IMG/VR virus record: IMGVR_UViG_3300022178_002962
Coordinates: 1-56,069 of that record
Strand: one strand, 5' to 3'
Length of the DNA: 56,069 bases
DNA from: a virus
Taxonomy: Duplodnaviria; Caudoviricetes
The position numbers and the translations under genes are program-made. This document shows, one piece after another, positions 47,140 through 56,069 of the stretch; the first letter of the stretch is position 1; every line of letters starts with the position of its first letter. Below the pieces are notes generated by a model. It was not told where the DNA came from. It saw only the letters and a list, made by a program, of their open reading frames with translations, and did not search any database.

Positions 47140-48627
47140 TTAATCATTACGACAATATTCGAACTTACTGTTACTTGGATTATAGCTAACACATTGTCTG
47201 TTTGCACGGAATTGCTCAAAAGCATCATTTCCATAACCTTCAAATTGTGTTCCACCAATACCAATCCAGAATGCTCTTTTGTCATATGTGTGACAACTGT
47301 CAAATCCATCTGTCACTATAACAGAATTGTTCTTGTTCTCACGTATTACATCCATTACTTTGTTAAAGTCAGTACCTCCTGATCTAGAAAATGCTAAGAT
47401 AGAAATATCATTTACATTAGATATCTCGTATATCTGAGTATCAAAGAAATATAGGTTCTCTATTAAACCCATCTTCTTTAAAGTCATAGCTATACCTTTA
47501 GCAAGATTTATCATCTTAATACTTCTACCCTCGAATGTTTCATCACTAGTCATAGATCCAGAGCAGTCTAAAAATAAGTCAAACTTACCTTTATACTTCC
47601 TTGTATTGTTACCCATGTTTAGTATTTCTGCATTCTTAAATATAGGATTAAGAAACTCAAGACCAAATAAATCCTCACACTCCTCACATTCAAACAAATT
47701 CTCCTCAACAACACTATGTTTAGTAGAAAAGTAATTCTGTGATTCATTAAGAATCTTATCTAGAACGGTTCGGATACTATTCTTATTGAAATTTAATCCT
47801 TTAAGAATTTTTCTCAAATTGTCAACCTCATCTAAGAATTCAGGATTACCATCAGACAATTCATTTAAAGCATCTTTACTTAATTGTTGCTCTAAGTCTT
47901 TGATCTTTTTGTCAGCCTGTTCCTTAGCTTGGCTAATGTCCTTAGTGGCTTTTTCTAAAGCTTTGTTAACAGATTCTTCATACTGATCTCTTCTAACACT
48001 AGAACTTTCAGAACCTTTGCTAGCTCCTTGGTTACTACTATTATCTTGAGGTTGTCCATCTCCTTCACCTTCTTCTTGACCTTCTTTATTTCCTGATTGA
48101 CCTTGTCCTTTTCCTTCTTCACCTTTACCCATCTCTCCTCCTTCATTTCCTTCTCCTTCTAATCCAGTAGGCTCTTCTCCTCTTTGCTTTTGTTCCTCTC
48201 TAATCTCATCATCAACTTTCTGAAGAGCTAATGCTAGCTCTCTTGTTAATATATTAGAAAACAAAGGTGAATCAGTAGTTACAACTTTAGTTAATGAATC
48301 ATAAACCTTATCTACAACTTTATGCCTAATAGCATTAGTTTTATTTTTTGGTCTCTTCTTCACATCTGCGTTAACAAAGATACTGTAAATATCGTTTATT
48401 AGTGACTGAGATAACGTGCATTCTTTATTTGTCTTATCTTGAACGTAACTTTTAATACGTCTAAGCTTAAGAGATTCAAATGCGGTTACTCCCGGTATAA
48501 CAACGTGCTCGTCTGCTCTAAATCCAAAATCTCCTGCCATGGAGTTTTTGTATATTCCGTAAGGATCATAGGAAGGAGCGGTAAAGCTCCCTCCTGTAAA
48601 TCCTGTCTTTCTTCCGAATAAACTCAT
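47140..48627 (-). CDS. vWA (MIDAS) domain protein, ViaA-like partner of the MoxR ATPase
   Basis: LDCSGSM (DxSxS), SGGTDF and IVTDG in the C-terminal domain; central Gly/Glu/Gln low-complexity linker plus coiled coil. Confidence 0.85.
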   Translation of the reverse strand: MSLFGRKTGFTGGSFTAPSYDPYGIYKNSMAGDFGFRADEHVVIPGVTAFESLKLRRIKSYVQDKTNKECTLSQSLINDIYSIFVNADVKKRPKNKTNAIRHKVVDKVYDSLTKVVTTDSPLFSNILTRELALALQKVDDEIREEQKQRGEEPTGLEGEGNEGGEMGKGEEGKGQGQSGNKEGQEEGEGDGQPQDNSSNQGASKGSESSSVRRDQYEESVNKALEKATKDISQAKEQADKKIKDLEQQLSKDALNELSDGNPEFLDEVDNLRKILKGLNFNKNSIRTVLDKILNESQNYFSTKHSVVEENLFECEECEDLFGLEFLNPIFKNAEILNMGNNTRKYKGKFDLFLDCSGSMTSDETFEGRSIKMINLAKGIAMTLKKMGLIENLYFFDTQIYEISNVNDISILAFSRSGGTDFNKVMDVIRENKNNSVIVTDGFDSCHTYDKRAFWIGIGGTQFEGYGNDAFEQFRANRQCVSYNPSNSKFEYCRND

Positions 48628-49667
48628 TATATAGCTTGAGTTTGTGATAATACTGACTCATCATCCTTCAAGAATTCTAACTTACCTTCCTCTTCAGAAA
48701 GTCTAGAAGCTATCTGCTCTGTGTCAGCTTCAGCAATAAGACCCAATCTTTTAGCAAGTTCGTAAGCCTCCTCAAATTTGTCATAAGCAGCATTGTACTC
48801 ATCAGATGATACGCACATACCTATGGCGTCAATACGATCATATACTTCTCTAACCTGTGCAGGTACAAGATTCTTAGCAACATCTTTTGCTACACTCTTA
48901 CCTACTAAAAGCTCAACAGTCTTAATCATACCTCTATTCTCGTCATAACCCCATACACACATAACATTCTTAATCAATGTTGGTAAGAATGATAATGCAC
49001 GATCTGAAAGGTGTGAATGACAAGAATCTAAGATAGTCTTAATCTTGGAAAAATCTAAATCTATAGCATCTATATCAGCCTTTTCTGGTAAAGAAATGTT
49101 GTGATTCTGTCTGAATGTCTTACCACCCTTAGCATAGTACTTCATCATATCAGCAGGACTCAATCTCTTTACATCATGAGTGATTAGAAATCTATCCCAG
49201 AATGGTGAGTCTTTCTCATCGTCAGGGATTTCATTACACGTAGCAATAAAGTTAGTCCACTTACATGGTAACTTTTCTTTCCCGTTAAACAATACTCGCT
49301 CATTCATAACACCTAATAAACTATTTCTTAAAGATGCTGATGCTTTGTCAATCTCGTTGACAACAACAACTCTAGCTCTAGTCATAGGTGAATCTACTTT
49401 GTACTTGTTCTCTGTGGTTAATGCCTCTAAATCTACATTACCTTTAATTGCATTACTCTTTGTTCCTTCATCTGTTTCTAGAAGAAACAAATCTTCTCCT
49501 TTAAGTGTACCCAATGATGCTTTCGCAAAATCAATTACAGCAGCAGTCTTTGCTACACCTGGAGGTCCGATCAATAATATTGGAGTTCTTAAAGCCTCCC
49601 CTAGAGCCATTACTCTGAATGTTTCTAGTTTTTTCATCAAATTTGTATTAATTTTTCTTGTAATCAT
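48627..49667 (-). CDS. MoxR-family AAA+ ATPase (RavA-like)
   Basis: Walker A GPPGVAKT, Walker B region VVVVNEIDKAS..RNSLLGVMNER, sensor ATCNEIP, PFWDRF and LSDR. Confidence 0.85.
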   Translation of the reverse strand: MITRKINTNLMKKLETFRVMALGEALRTPILLIGPPGVAKTAAVIDFAKASLGTLKGEDLFLLETDEGTKSNAIKGNVDLEALTTENKYKVDSPMTRARVVVVNEIDKASASLRNSLLGVMNERVLFNGKEKLPCKWTNFIATCNEIPDDEKDSPFWDRFLITHDVKRLSPADMMKYYAKGGKTFRQNHNISLPEKADIDAIDLDFSKIKTILDSCHSHLSDRALSFLPTLIKNVMCVWGYDENRGMIKTVELLVGKSVAKDVAKNLVPAQVREVYDRIDAIGMCVSSDEYNAAYDKFEEAYELAKRLGLIAEADTEQIASRLSEEEGKLEFLKDDESVLSQTQAI

Positions 49668-49675
49668 GGTGATTT

Positions 49676-50710
49676 TTATTTAATTGTTAATTGTTCTATT
49701 AATTGTTTTAATTGTTCTTTGCCAAATTTCTCTATATAGTCAGAAGGATCTTTCACTTGAGATCCATCCGGAATCTCTATTTGTGTAAATCCTGTCTGGG
49801 AAGCTAGTTTGGCACCAGCTATCCTACCTCTATTCTTATCGCTATCAAAGTCATTATCATACATTATGTAGATATTCTTAAACCTACCTCTAACCTCATC
49901 TATTACACTATCTTTAGGATTAACCCCTTCACTCTGTAAAGAGCATGATGTAATTACATTGGTTGGAAATAAACTCTTTATAACCATAGCATCCTTTCGA
50001 CTACTTGTTATTATTAATGTTTCTCCATTTTGTGGAAGCTGTGTCCATAATTCCCATGTAGAATAGTCGTTATTATTAATCCATTTATTCTCTACGTCAT
50101 AAGGACGATAGATTTTAAATGTCTGAATATTATCTTTCTCTTCTACAAATGCATAAGCATGGTCATTAGTTTTAGTACAGTATCCATTAATAAAGAAATG
50201 CGATATCGGATATACATTGCAGTATTCCAATTGCTCTTTTGTTAATCCATATTTATTGTTCCAATAATCTTTATCCTTTCTCGACCAATTTCTCGTGGTA
50301 ACACTTATTCTAAGTCTCCCTTTATTTAGGGTTTTATTTGTTTTAGTGTACACTTGACCTTTTGGTAGGGAATGAATAGAATTAGGAATCTCAAACTGTG
50401 TAAGATTAAAGTCAGCAGCAACCTTATTGATTGCTTCAACTTTAGTTCTCAAATTAAATAATCTCATAACAAATACAAAGCAGTTGCCTACTTCTCCTGT
50501 TGCGAAATCTTTAAATAGTATAGTTTGATAGTCCTTACTATGAAACAAGCTAAATGATGGTGTAACGTCCTCACGAAAAGGACTACTAATTGGTTTGGTT
50601 GGCACTTCGCCACCCAAATAGTAGGCAAATATATCTAATTCATTTACACACGCTAATATTGAATTAGATGTGGGCAAATCCTTGTAATCTCTACTTTTAC
50701 CAAAACTCAT
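49676..50710 (-). CDS. DNA primase (DnaG-like TOPRIM, crAss type)
   Basis: N-terminal SPFREDVTPSF..FKDFATG (degenerate Zn-binding domain), IITSSRKDAM, MYDND and KDPSD. Confidence 0.85.
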   Translation of the reverse strand: MSFGKSRDYKDLPTSNSILACVNELDIFAYYLGGEVPTKPISSPFREDVTPSFSLFHSKDYQTILFKDFATGEVGNCFVFVMRLFNLRTKVEAINKVAADFNLTQFEIPNSIHSLPKGQVYTKTNKTLNKGRLRISVTTRNWSRKDKDYWNNKYGLTKEQLEYCNVYPISHFFINGYCTKTNDHAYAFVEEKDNIQTFKIYRPYDVENKWINNNDYSTWELWTQLPQNGETLIITSSRKDAMVIKSLFPTNVITSCSLQSEGVNPKDSVIDEVRGRFKNIYIMYDNDFDSDKNRGRIAGAKLASQTGFTQIEIPDGSQVKDPSDYIEKFGKEQLKQLIEQLTIK

Positions 50711-50730
50711 TTTTGTTGTTTTTAAAGGTT

Positions 50731-50757
50731 AAAAAACCCCCACATTGCTGTGAGGGT
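50731..50757 (-). terminator. Rho-independent terminator after SSB gene
   Basis: Minus strand reads ACCCTCACA-GCAA-TGTGGGGGT-TTTTT (GNRA loop). Confidence 0.75.
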
Positions 50758-50781
50758 CTATTAAATTAATTATGCTATATA

Positions 50782-51696
50782 TTATAGCCAGTCATCGTCA
50801 CTCATGGTAACTGCATCTTCCGATGGTTCTGCCGAAGCAAAAGCATCAAATTGATTAGTGTTACTTGCGTTAACTTCACTAGGTGTAACCTGGTGCTCAC
50901 GTAGACTTAAATCTAGTGGGCCAAAGTCTACATTACCAAAGGCTCCTGCGTCTTGTGAAGACTTAAGGTCTTTAAGTAAGTATTTGAATTTGTCAGCTCT
51001 AGTTCCAGAGATAACATACTGACGTAAAGTATTACGGTTAAAAGTGGTCTGCACCATTTTACCATCTCCTTTAGTCTTAACACCTAATAATACACCAATA
51101 CTATTGTTTGTATTGTCGATGATACCTTTAAGAAGACTTACATCTCCTGTGAAAATCTTTTCCCACTCAGGCTTGTCGATACGTGCATAGCAATCTGACG
51201 GATCAGTTGCCTTACTTGGATCCCAAGGTAAGTTAAGTAAGTTAACTAGAAAGTTGATTAATTCAACTTCTCCACGCTTAGCTACTTTTACCCCATCTGC
51301 ATTGTACCACTTCATGTTGTCAGGAAGTGTTTTAGTCTTAATAGCTTCTTCAGTCAACCAAGTGTCTTTACCAAATGAATTAATCACTTTGTATTTCCCA
51401 CTTTGAGACTTATGGAATGTATCGGCTACATAAAACTGAATTTTCTCAGTTAATCCTTCTTCTTCATTAGTCAAATAGAAATCTAACCTAATTTGACGAG
51501 CTTTACGCTCACCCTCAGAATCTGTAACGGTAGTTTCACCGATATATTCTGGATCAAAGTTAAGCTCACGACCATAAATAGCCTCTAACTCTTCTTTTGT
51601 TGGGTTAATTCCTACTACTTTAAAATTGGCAGCACCAGTATGTAATTTTTTCACTGATCCTCCACCTGCACTTTGTTCTTTTCCGAATGCACTCAT
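50782..51696 (-). CDS. Putative single-stranded DNA-binding protein (crAss type)
   Basis: VVGINPTKEEL, RLDFYL, SQSGKYKVINSFG and an acidic aromatic-ending tail (SDDDWL); lies between the Sak4-like ATPase and the primase. Confidence 0.65.
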   Translation of the reverse strand: MSAFGKEQSAGGGSVKKLHTGAANFKVVGINPTKEELEAIYGRELNFDPEYIGETTVTDSEGERKARQIRLDFYLTNEEEGLTEKIQFYVADTFHKSQSGKYKVINSFGKDTWLTEEAIKTKTLPDNMKWYNADGVKVAKRGEVELINFLVNLLNLPWDPSKATDPSDCYARIDKPEWEKIFTGDVSLLKGIIDNTNNSIGVLLGVKTKGDGKMVQTTFNRNTLRQYVISGTRADKFKYLLKDLKSSQDAGAFGNVDFGPLDLSLREHQVTPSEVNASNTNQFDAFASAEPSEDAVTMSDDDWL

Positions 51697-51770
51697 AATT
51701 TACTCTTGTATTTAAAATTTGGGGATCTTTTAAGGCGATCCCCTTTACCATATTACTTAATTAATTGTTC

Positions 51771-52583
51771 TTAGTTCCACTCAGACTCTTCCTCCTGTAA
51801 TTGAACCTTTACATTTGCTGCAGCTTGAGCATGATCTTCTTCTTCTGTTACAACAGAATCTAAATCCCAGTCACTACCGGAGTCTTCTTCTTCAGTTTCT
51901 ACTGCTACTTCTTCTTCTTCTACAACTTCGATAGCCTCAACTTCTTCGTTAAAGTCTTCAACATCCAATTCAGCATTAGCAACAGCTACTTCATTCTCTT
52001 CCATAAGAATGTTGTCAGCCGCCTCTTGTCTTGCAATTTCTGTTGTAACAGAATCCTGTACTTCGGCCATAGTCTTAGAACCACCATTAGTTTCTATAAC
52101 AGGTTCTTGGCCAACTGGTACTAAAGCATGTGCCTCAATATCATTTGATGGGAACGCAGTTAAATAGAATTCAGCTGATTCACCGTCTTCATCAATATTT
52201 AAGAAAGAGTATACTTCTTTGCAAAAGAAAGATGAGGTAATTGCTTTACTTTTCTCTTTCGTATCTTCTCCATTTGCAACTCTATTCTTAGACGTCTTGT
52301 AAGAAACTACATTCTCTTGGTCAGCTGCAGGTATTAAACTTTTATTTGCTACTAAAACCTGACGGTTATCACCTTCAACAGAAGCAAATACTAATTCTTG
52401 TACATCTCCGTTATCAAGACCCAACAATTGTGATGCCTTAGTGTTAAATAATAATCTACGAGATTTTCTCGCTCCTTTGTTTGCCTCAACTGTTACTACA
52501 GGTCTATCAGCATATTTGTCTCCTGCAGATACTGCAGATAGTTGTTGTCCTAATCTTTTAGAACCAAAAATTATTGTATTCAT
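51771..52583 (-). CDS. Hypothetical protein with long acidic C-terminal tail
   Basis: Start ATG 52583 (A-rich leader; MNTIIFGSKR) is preferred over 52664; the last ~90 aa are strongly Glu/Asp-rich. Confidence 0.7.
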   Translation of the reverse strand: MNTIIFGSKRLGQQLSAVSAGDKYADRPVVTVEANKGARKSRRLLFNTKASQLLGLDNGDVQELVFASVEGDNRQVLVANKSLIPAADQENVVSYKTSKNRVANGEDTKEKSKAITSSFFCKEVYSFLNIDEDGESAEFYLTAFPSNDIEAHALVPVGQEPVIETNGGSKTMAEVQDSVTTEIARQEAADNILMEENEVAVANAELDVEDFNEEVEAIEVVEEEEVAVETEEEDSGSDWDLDSVVTEEEDHAQAAANVKVQLQEEESEWN

Positions 52584-52709
52584 TTTTTGTGTGTTTTTAT
52601 TAATTGTTAATATTGGGAGGAATTTCACCTCCCTTGTTTTTTTAGCTAATAGGATTGTGCCCACCTATTAACAATTTCCAATAAGCCTTAAAGGCCTTTA
52701 CTATTCTCA

Positions 52710-53408
52710 TCATCCTTCTTCGAATAAACGAATTGCCTCTAATACTGCACTCATGTCATTTGGTACAATTTCACTATCAAACATTCCTGCAGGACTTTTA
52801 GCCATATTGGTAGTGTTGTTTTGTGTCATGAATCCGTAAGTAATATCATTACCTTTCTTCTCCACAATAGTCTCTAGTATAACACTAAACATTCCTTCAG
52901 GTTTAACAACGTCTTGGACTAACTTACCACCAGGTACGCCAAATACAGTTCTGTCAACACCATTAAAACTTTTAGTCTCAGTATGGGCCATAACTATTAC
53001 AGTAAGGTCATCTCTAAGCCCATCAATAGATTTCAATGTCTTATAAACATTATCACCCATCTCAGTAAACTTAGTGTAACCTACAGTTTTAGCCTTGTCC
53101 ATAAACTCGCCAATCATAGCATACGTAATAGTATCTATCACAACATACTTGATATCTTGTCTTTTGTTACTTACAAAAGCCATGGCAGCTCTAATCTTTT
53201 CCCAATCAGTAGTTTTTAAATAGTTACATGTATTAGGGTTAAATTTACCTGTTTCAGGATCCTTCATTAAATAGTTCTTCTTCCAACCTTTAAATGGTGG
53301 TGCTTTTTCGTCAGGACATATAATAAACGTTTCCTTCGGATTTATATTTGCTAAAGAGTAAGTTTTACCCGTACCACTATAGCCTGTTACTAAAATTTTA
53401 TTTGCCAT
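52710..53408 (-). CDS. AAA_24/Sak4-like P-loop ATPase (recombination)
   Basis: ILVTGYSGTGKT, YVVIDT, GYTKF, VMAH, PEGMF, AKSPAGMF and VPND. Confidence 0.8.
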   Translation of the reverse strand: MANKILVTGYSGTGKTYSLANINPKETFIICPDEKAPPFKGWKKNYLMKDPETGKFNPNTCNYLKTTDWEKIRAAMAFVSNKRQDIKYVVIDTITYAMIGEFMDKAKTVGYTKFTEMGDNVYKTLKSIDGLRDDLTVIVMAHTETKSFNGVDRTVFGVPGGKLVQDVVKPEGMFSVILETIVEKKGNDITYGFMTQNNTTNMAKSPAGMFDSEIVPNDMSAVLEAIRLFEEG

Positions 53409-53414
53409 ACTTTT

Positions 53415-53690
53415 CTATTTTTCATTGTTACTAATCGATTCTTTTTCTATCTCTGTTCTCACTTGCTCTGATATATCCTTCGCTACAAGAAATGCTATTT
53501 CTCTTTTTGAGAAACCATTTTCTATTATCTCAGTCAAAACAGCCATTGGATTTTCCGTAGATGGATCAACATTAAATGTCTCAAAAACACTTTCAAACTT
53601 TTGCTGAAATGGCTTCATCTCTAATCCACAAGCATCGAAATCATTATCTAGATTTGTTTTGTCAATTTCTGGGTATGCTACTTTACTCAT
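53415..53690 (-). CDS. Hypothetical acidic protein
   Basis: 91-aa ORF downstream of a promoter-like element. Confidence 0.6.
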   Translation of the reverse strand: MSKVAYPEIDKTNLDNDFDACGLEMKPFQQKFESVFETFNVDPSTENPMAVLTEIIENGFSKREIAFLVAKDISEQVRTEIEKESISNNEK

Positions 53691-53721
53691 TTTATTATTT
53701 TATTAATTATTATTACTTATA

Positions 53722-53729
53722 CAAATATA
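53722..53729 (-). promoter_or_regulatory. Bacteroidota -7 promoter element (TATATTTG)
   Basis: Intergenic, 31 nt upstream of ATG 53690; same octamer as the 10157 and 17752 sites; no clear -33 box. Confidence 0.55.
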
Positions 53730-53758
53730 CGAAATTTAATCGACATATCCTTAGATAG

Positions 53759-54535
53759 TTACGAGATTTTTTGCACAATATTAAGTGCTCTCACTTTGTC
53801 AATCAAATCTTGTACTGTTCCGTCATTTTCTATTACATAGTCAAAATCACTATAGTCATCTAAAGCTGTTTCTGATGGGTGAGGGTTTACATCAATGGCT
53901 CTTGTACCATTATCTCTATTAACCCTAATAAGGATACCACCTTTATCTTTAATAATTTTAGCTTCATTAGGGAATCTAACATCTGTAATTATCCAATTAG
54001 GATAAACCCAAGAGCCTTTTATCTTTTTACCTACAGAACCTTTATAGTCAAATCCTAAAGGGTTATAATCAGCAAACAAAGCATTTACCCATATATTAGG
54101 GTGAATAATCTGTCTACCTGCTTCAGTACCTAAAAGTTGTAAGAGTTTACGAGGTGTTAATAAGAATGTCTCTATAAAATCAGTGTGATCCCATATTTCG
54201 TCACACATTTTTTCTGCCTCCTTTTTATCGCTAAAAAGATGTCTCTCAGTGTCATAACTAACCTGCCATATTCTCCACTCTTCCCCTAGTTCTTTATTCT
54301 TAAACTCTCTATCTTCTAGTTGACGTATATCACATCCTATTAAAACTGCTACTATCCATTTAATAGGATAAGCAAACTTTTTGTTTTCGTATTCTGTAAT
54401 ATGACATTCGTACATATAGTGCTCAAAACTGTTCCAATCATTTTCCACGGCAAGATAATTTATTATATCAAATAACAAATCTTTGCCGCTTCCAATTTTT
54501 CCTGATATCCCTATCAGATTATTACTTACCACCAT
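53759..54535 (-). CDS. Deoxynucleoside monophosphate kinase (T4 gp1-like)
   Basis: GISGKIGSGKD, FAYPIK, TPRKLLQLLGTEAGR, IITDVRFPNE and HPSETALD. Confidence 0.88.
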   Translation of the reverse strand: MVVSNNLIGISGKIGSGKDLLFDIINYLAVENDWNSFEHYMYECHITEYENKKFAYPIKWIVAVLIGCDIRQLEDREFKNKELGEEWRIWQVSYDTERHLFSDKKEAEKMCDEIWDHTDFIETFLLTPRKLLQLLGTEAGRQIIHPNIWVNALFADYNPLGFDYKGSVGKKIKGSWVYPNWIITDVRFPNEAKIIKDKGGILIRVNRDNGTRAIDVNPHPSETALDDYSDFDYVIENDGTVQDLIDKVRALNIVQKIS

Positions 54536-54903
54536 GATGAGTAATATACTTTTTCTCCATTATTAAAGGCTCTTTCTGCTTCATCAAGAAACTTTAAATC
54601 TTCCTCTAGATAATAAGAGTAATGATCATAAGAATCACCACCAAAGAAGAATCCTTCTGTTTCTGGCAAATCCTTAGACACTATCATTTTGCGAAGTAAT
54701 TTTATATCCTTCTTTTTAAGCCTTAAATTAACACAGTTAAAGTTATCGGCAAGTCTAATCTCTCCTTTTTGCAAACCTTTAGTTATCCATAAATCCTCCA
54801 TAAAACCATGAAGTCTATTGTGTTTACGCCACTGAGCAATCTGAGTCATCTTTTTTTTACTCTGGCACGCACCTCTACGATACGCATACATATCTAATCC
54901 CAT
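54526..54903 (-). CDS. Conserved phage hypothetical protein (MGLDMY-type)
   Basis: MGLDMY, WRKHNRLHGFM, LPETEGFFFG and YYSSWW; a pattern recurrent in phage proteins of unknown function. Confidence 0.7.
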   Translation of the reverse strand: MGLDMYAYRRGACQSKKKMTQIAQWRKHNRLHGFMEDLWITKGLQKGEIRLADNFNCVNLRLKKKDIKLLRKMIVSKDLPETEGFFFGGDSYDHYSYYLEEDLKFLDEAERAFNNGEKVYYSSWW

Positions 54904-54930
54904 TTTTTGTTTTTTAAATTATTAATTATT

Positions 54931-56067
54931 TTATTTTCCAAAATTCTTACTCTTGGATGATCTTGGGGCTACAACTCTACCTAGAAGTCTATCTGCAGCA
55001 TTATGAAACAAGACCATTTTGTCTGCCTCACTAGCTTTAGGTAATTCTCCAAATCTATTAGTTGCACCATCGAATAGGTAGTGAAAATACTTATTCGGAG
55101 CACCAAATCTGTTCTTTAGAACTTTTATTGCTCGGAATGTATCACGGAATCTTCGGATATCATAACCATGATAATCTTCAAATCCATACCTATCCGGTGA
55201 GTAAACACCTAATACTATTTTAGCATCACGCTGTATCTCCTTGTTGTTAGCAAAACCGGCCAATGATGGCTCAGTCTTTTTCTGAACACTTTCACCTTTG
55301 TTGGTAAATTGCTCTTTCTCACCCGACTGCTCTTGCTGTATCACATTAACAACAGCCCAATTCCAATGTTTCGTAACCTGCTTTAAAGCATAGTTAGTAC
55401 TCCAGTGTGCCATGGTCTGATGCTGATTCATCATAGCTCCATCTTTCCTCTTCTCAGGGGTAAGCAAGCTTATGTGGTCAACAATAACAATAGTCATCTG
55501 ATTCATATCGTCAGGAACATAATGAGAATAAACTTTGTGAACTTCCTTCTTGGTGGTTCCGTCACTTTTCTTCTTTATAAATGTCCTGTCTTCAAATACA
55601 TGAGTACCATTCTTATCAGCATAATCACGACAGTATTTATATATACCTGTTGGATTATACACAGAATCTATTATCTCTACGTCCTTTAACAGCAATTCTA
55701 TGTCTTCTATGTGCTCATCAATAAGATCAATCTTATCCTGTGGAAGAGATTTCTCTCTAAAGCCCTGCAGTGTAAGTAAATCCATACTGATATTACATCT
55801 TGAAGATATAAAATTACATATCATTGTGTCAATAAATTCTTGTTCTGACTCCTCAAGTGCAAAGTAAAATATCTTAAGCTTTATATTATTCTTAAGAGCG
55901 TACTCTAAAGGTTCCCTAACATAGAGAGCTTTAGTTACTTGGGTTTTACCTACACCTGATGCAGCTGTTACCATCTGTATCATACCCGGAACTACTCCAG
56001 GTATTGATTCAGAAAGCTTAGGGTAATTTTCAAATGGAATACAGAATATTGATCCCGCATCCTTCTT
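54931..56067 (-). CDS. Replicative SF4 (DnaB-like) helicase, 5' end outside the window
   Basis: Walker A AASGVGKT, YFALEES, VIVDHISLL, VIQQ, QRDA and VLKNRFG. The frame stays open upstream of 55983 to the window edge (KKDAGSIFCIPFENYPKLSESIPGVVPG). Confidence 0.85.
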   Translation of the reverse strand, partial: KKDAGSIFCIPFENYPKLSESIPGVVPGMIQMVTAASGVGKTQVTKALYVREPLEYALKNNIKLKIFYFALEESEQEFIDTMICNFISSRCNISMDLLTLQGFREKSLPQDKIDLIDEHIEDIELLLKDVEIIDSVYNPTGIYKYCRDYADKNGTHVFEDRTFIKKKSDGTTKKEVHKVYSHYVPDDMNQMTIVIVDHISLLTPEKRKDGAMMNQHQTMAHWSTNYALKQVTKHWNWAVVNVIQQEQSGEKEQFTNKGESVQKKTEPSLAGFANNKEIQRDAKIVLGVYSPDRYGFEDYHGYDIRRFRDTFRAIKVLKNRFGAPNKYFHYLFDGATNRFGELPKASEADKMVLFHNAADRLLGRVVAPRSSKSKNFGK

Positions 56068-56069
56068 TG

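Noticed and set aside
49180-49683. 167-aa + strand ORF opposite the MoxR ATPase
   Set aside because: Antisense shadow with no leader or recognisable motif.
49676-50710. Primase as a pseudogene because it lacks Zn-finger cysteines and the TOPRIM Glu (ITSSRKD)
   Set aside because: The ORF is intact with DxD and KDPSD motifs, and as far as I recall these deviations are usual in crAss-like primases.
1-56069. Stop-codon reassignment (TAG/TGA recoding known in some gut crAss-like phages)
   Set aside because: Genes up to 6.5 kb are intact in the standard code, and TAG terminates genes with tight downstream neighbours (e.g. 5467, 7309).
1-56069. CRISPR array, tRNA genes, integrase, reverse transcriptase/DGR
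   Set aside because: Intergenic gaps are short (mostly under 140 nt). I saw no spaced direct repeats, cloverleaf or corresponding protein motifs by eye; a tRNAscan/Infernal run would be needed to fully exclude small RNAs.

Overview
This window is a 56 kb fragment of a lytic crAss-like phage (order Crassvirales). It is most reminiscent of the Flavobacteriia-infecting phi14:2-type group and uses the standard genetic code. The + strand (1-40970) carries a lysis cassette (holin end, DUF5675 protein, 3TM holin-like protein), then the conserved crAss structural block: scaffold-like protein, major capsid protein, ring proteins, auxiliary capsid protein, tail hub with cadherin-like repeats, HU/IHF-like protein, tail tube and muzzle. 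It continues with ejected cargo proteins and three giant virion proteins, the middle one a single-chain two-barrel virion RNA polymerase (GSDFDIDK). The - strand (41104-end) converges on this block and carries replication and nucleotide-metabolism genes: DnaB-like helicase (cut by the window edge), dNMP kinase, Sak4-like ATPase, SSB, primase, a MoxR AAA+/vWA pair, RusA-like resolvase, PD-(D/E)XK exonuclease and class Ia RNR alpha. Bacteroidota-type promoters (TTG-N20-TAnnTTTG) and A-rich leaders without Shine-Dalgarno sites point to a Bacteroidota host. The most interesting unexplained signals are (i) a repeated N-x-[FY]-x-x-G-G motif punctuating the domains of two cargo proteins, (ii) a translationally coupled RavA/ViaA-like pair with a non-canonical Walker B, (iii) GrpE-like and possibly SAM-lyase-like modules inside the 2106-aa virion protein, and (iv) a separately promoted metallophosphoesterase with Cys in place of the first metal-binding Asp. 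All family calls come from motif recognition and gene order by eye; no database searches were run.
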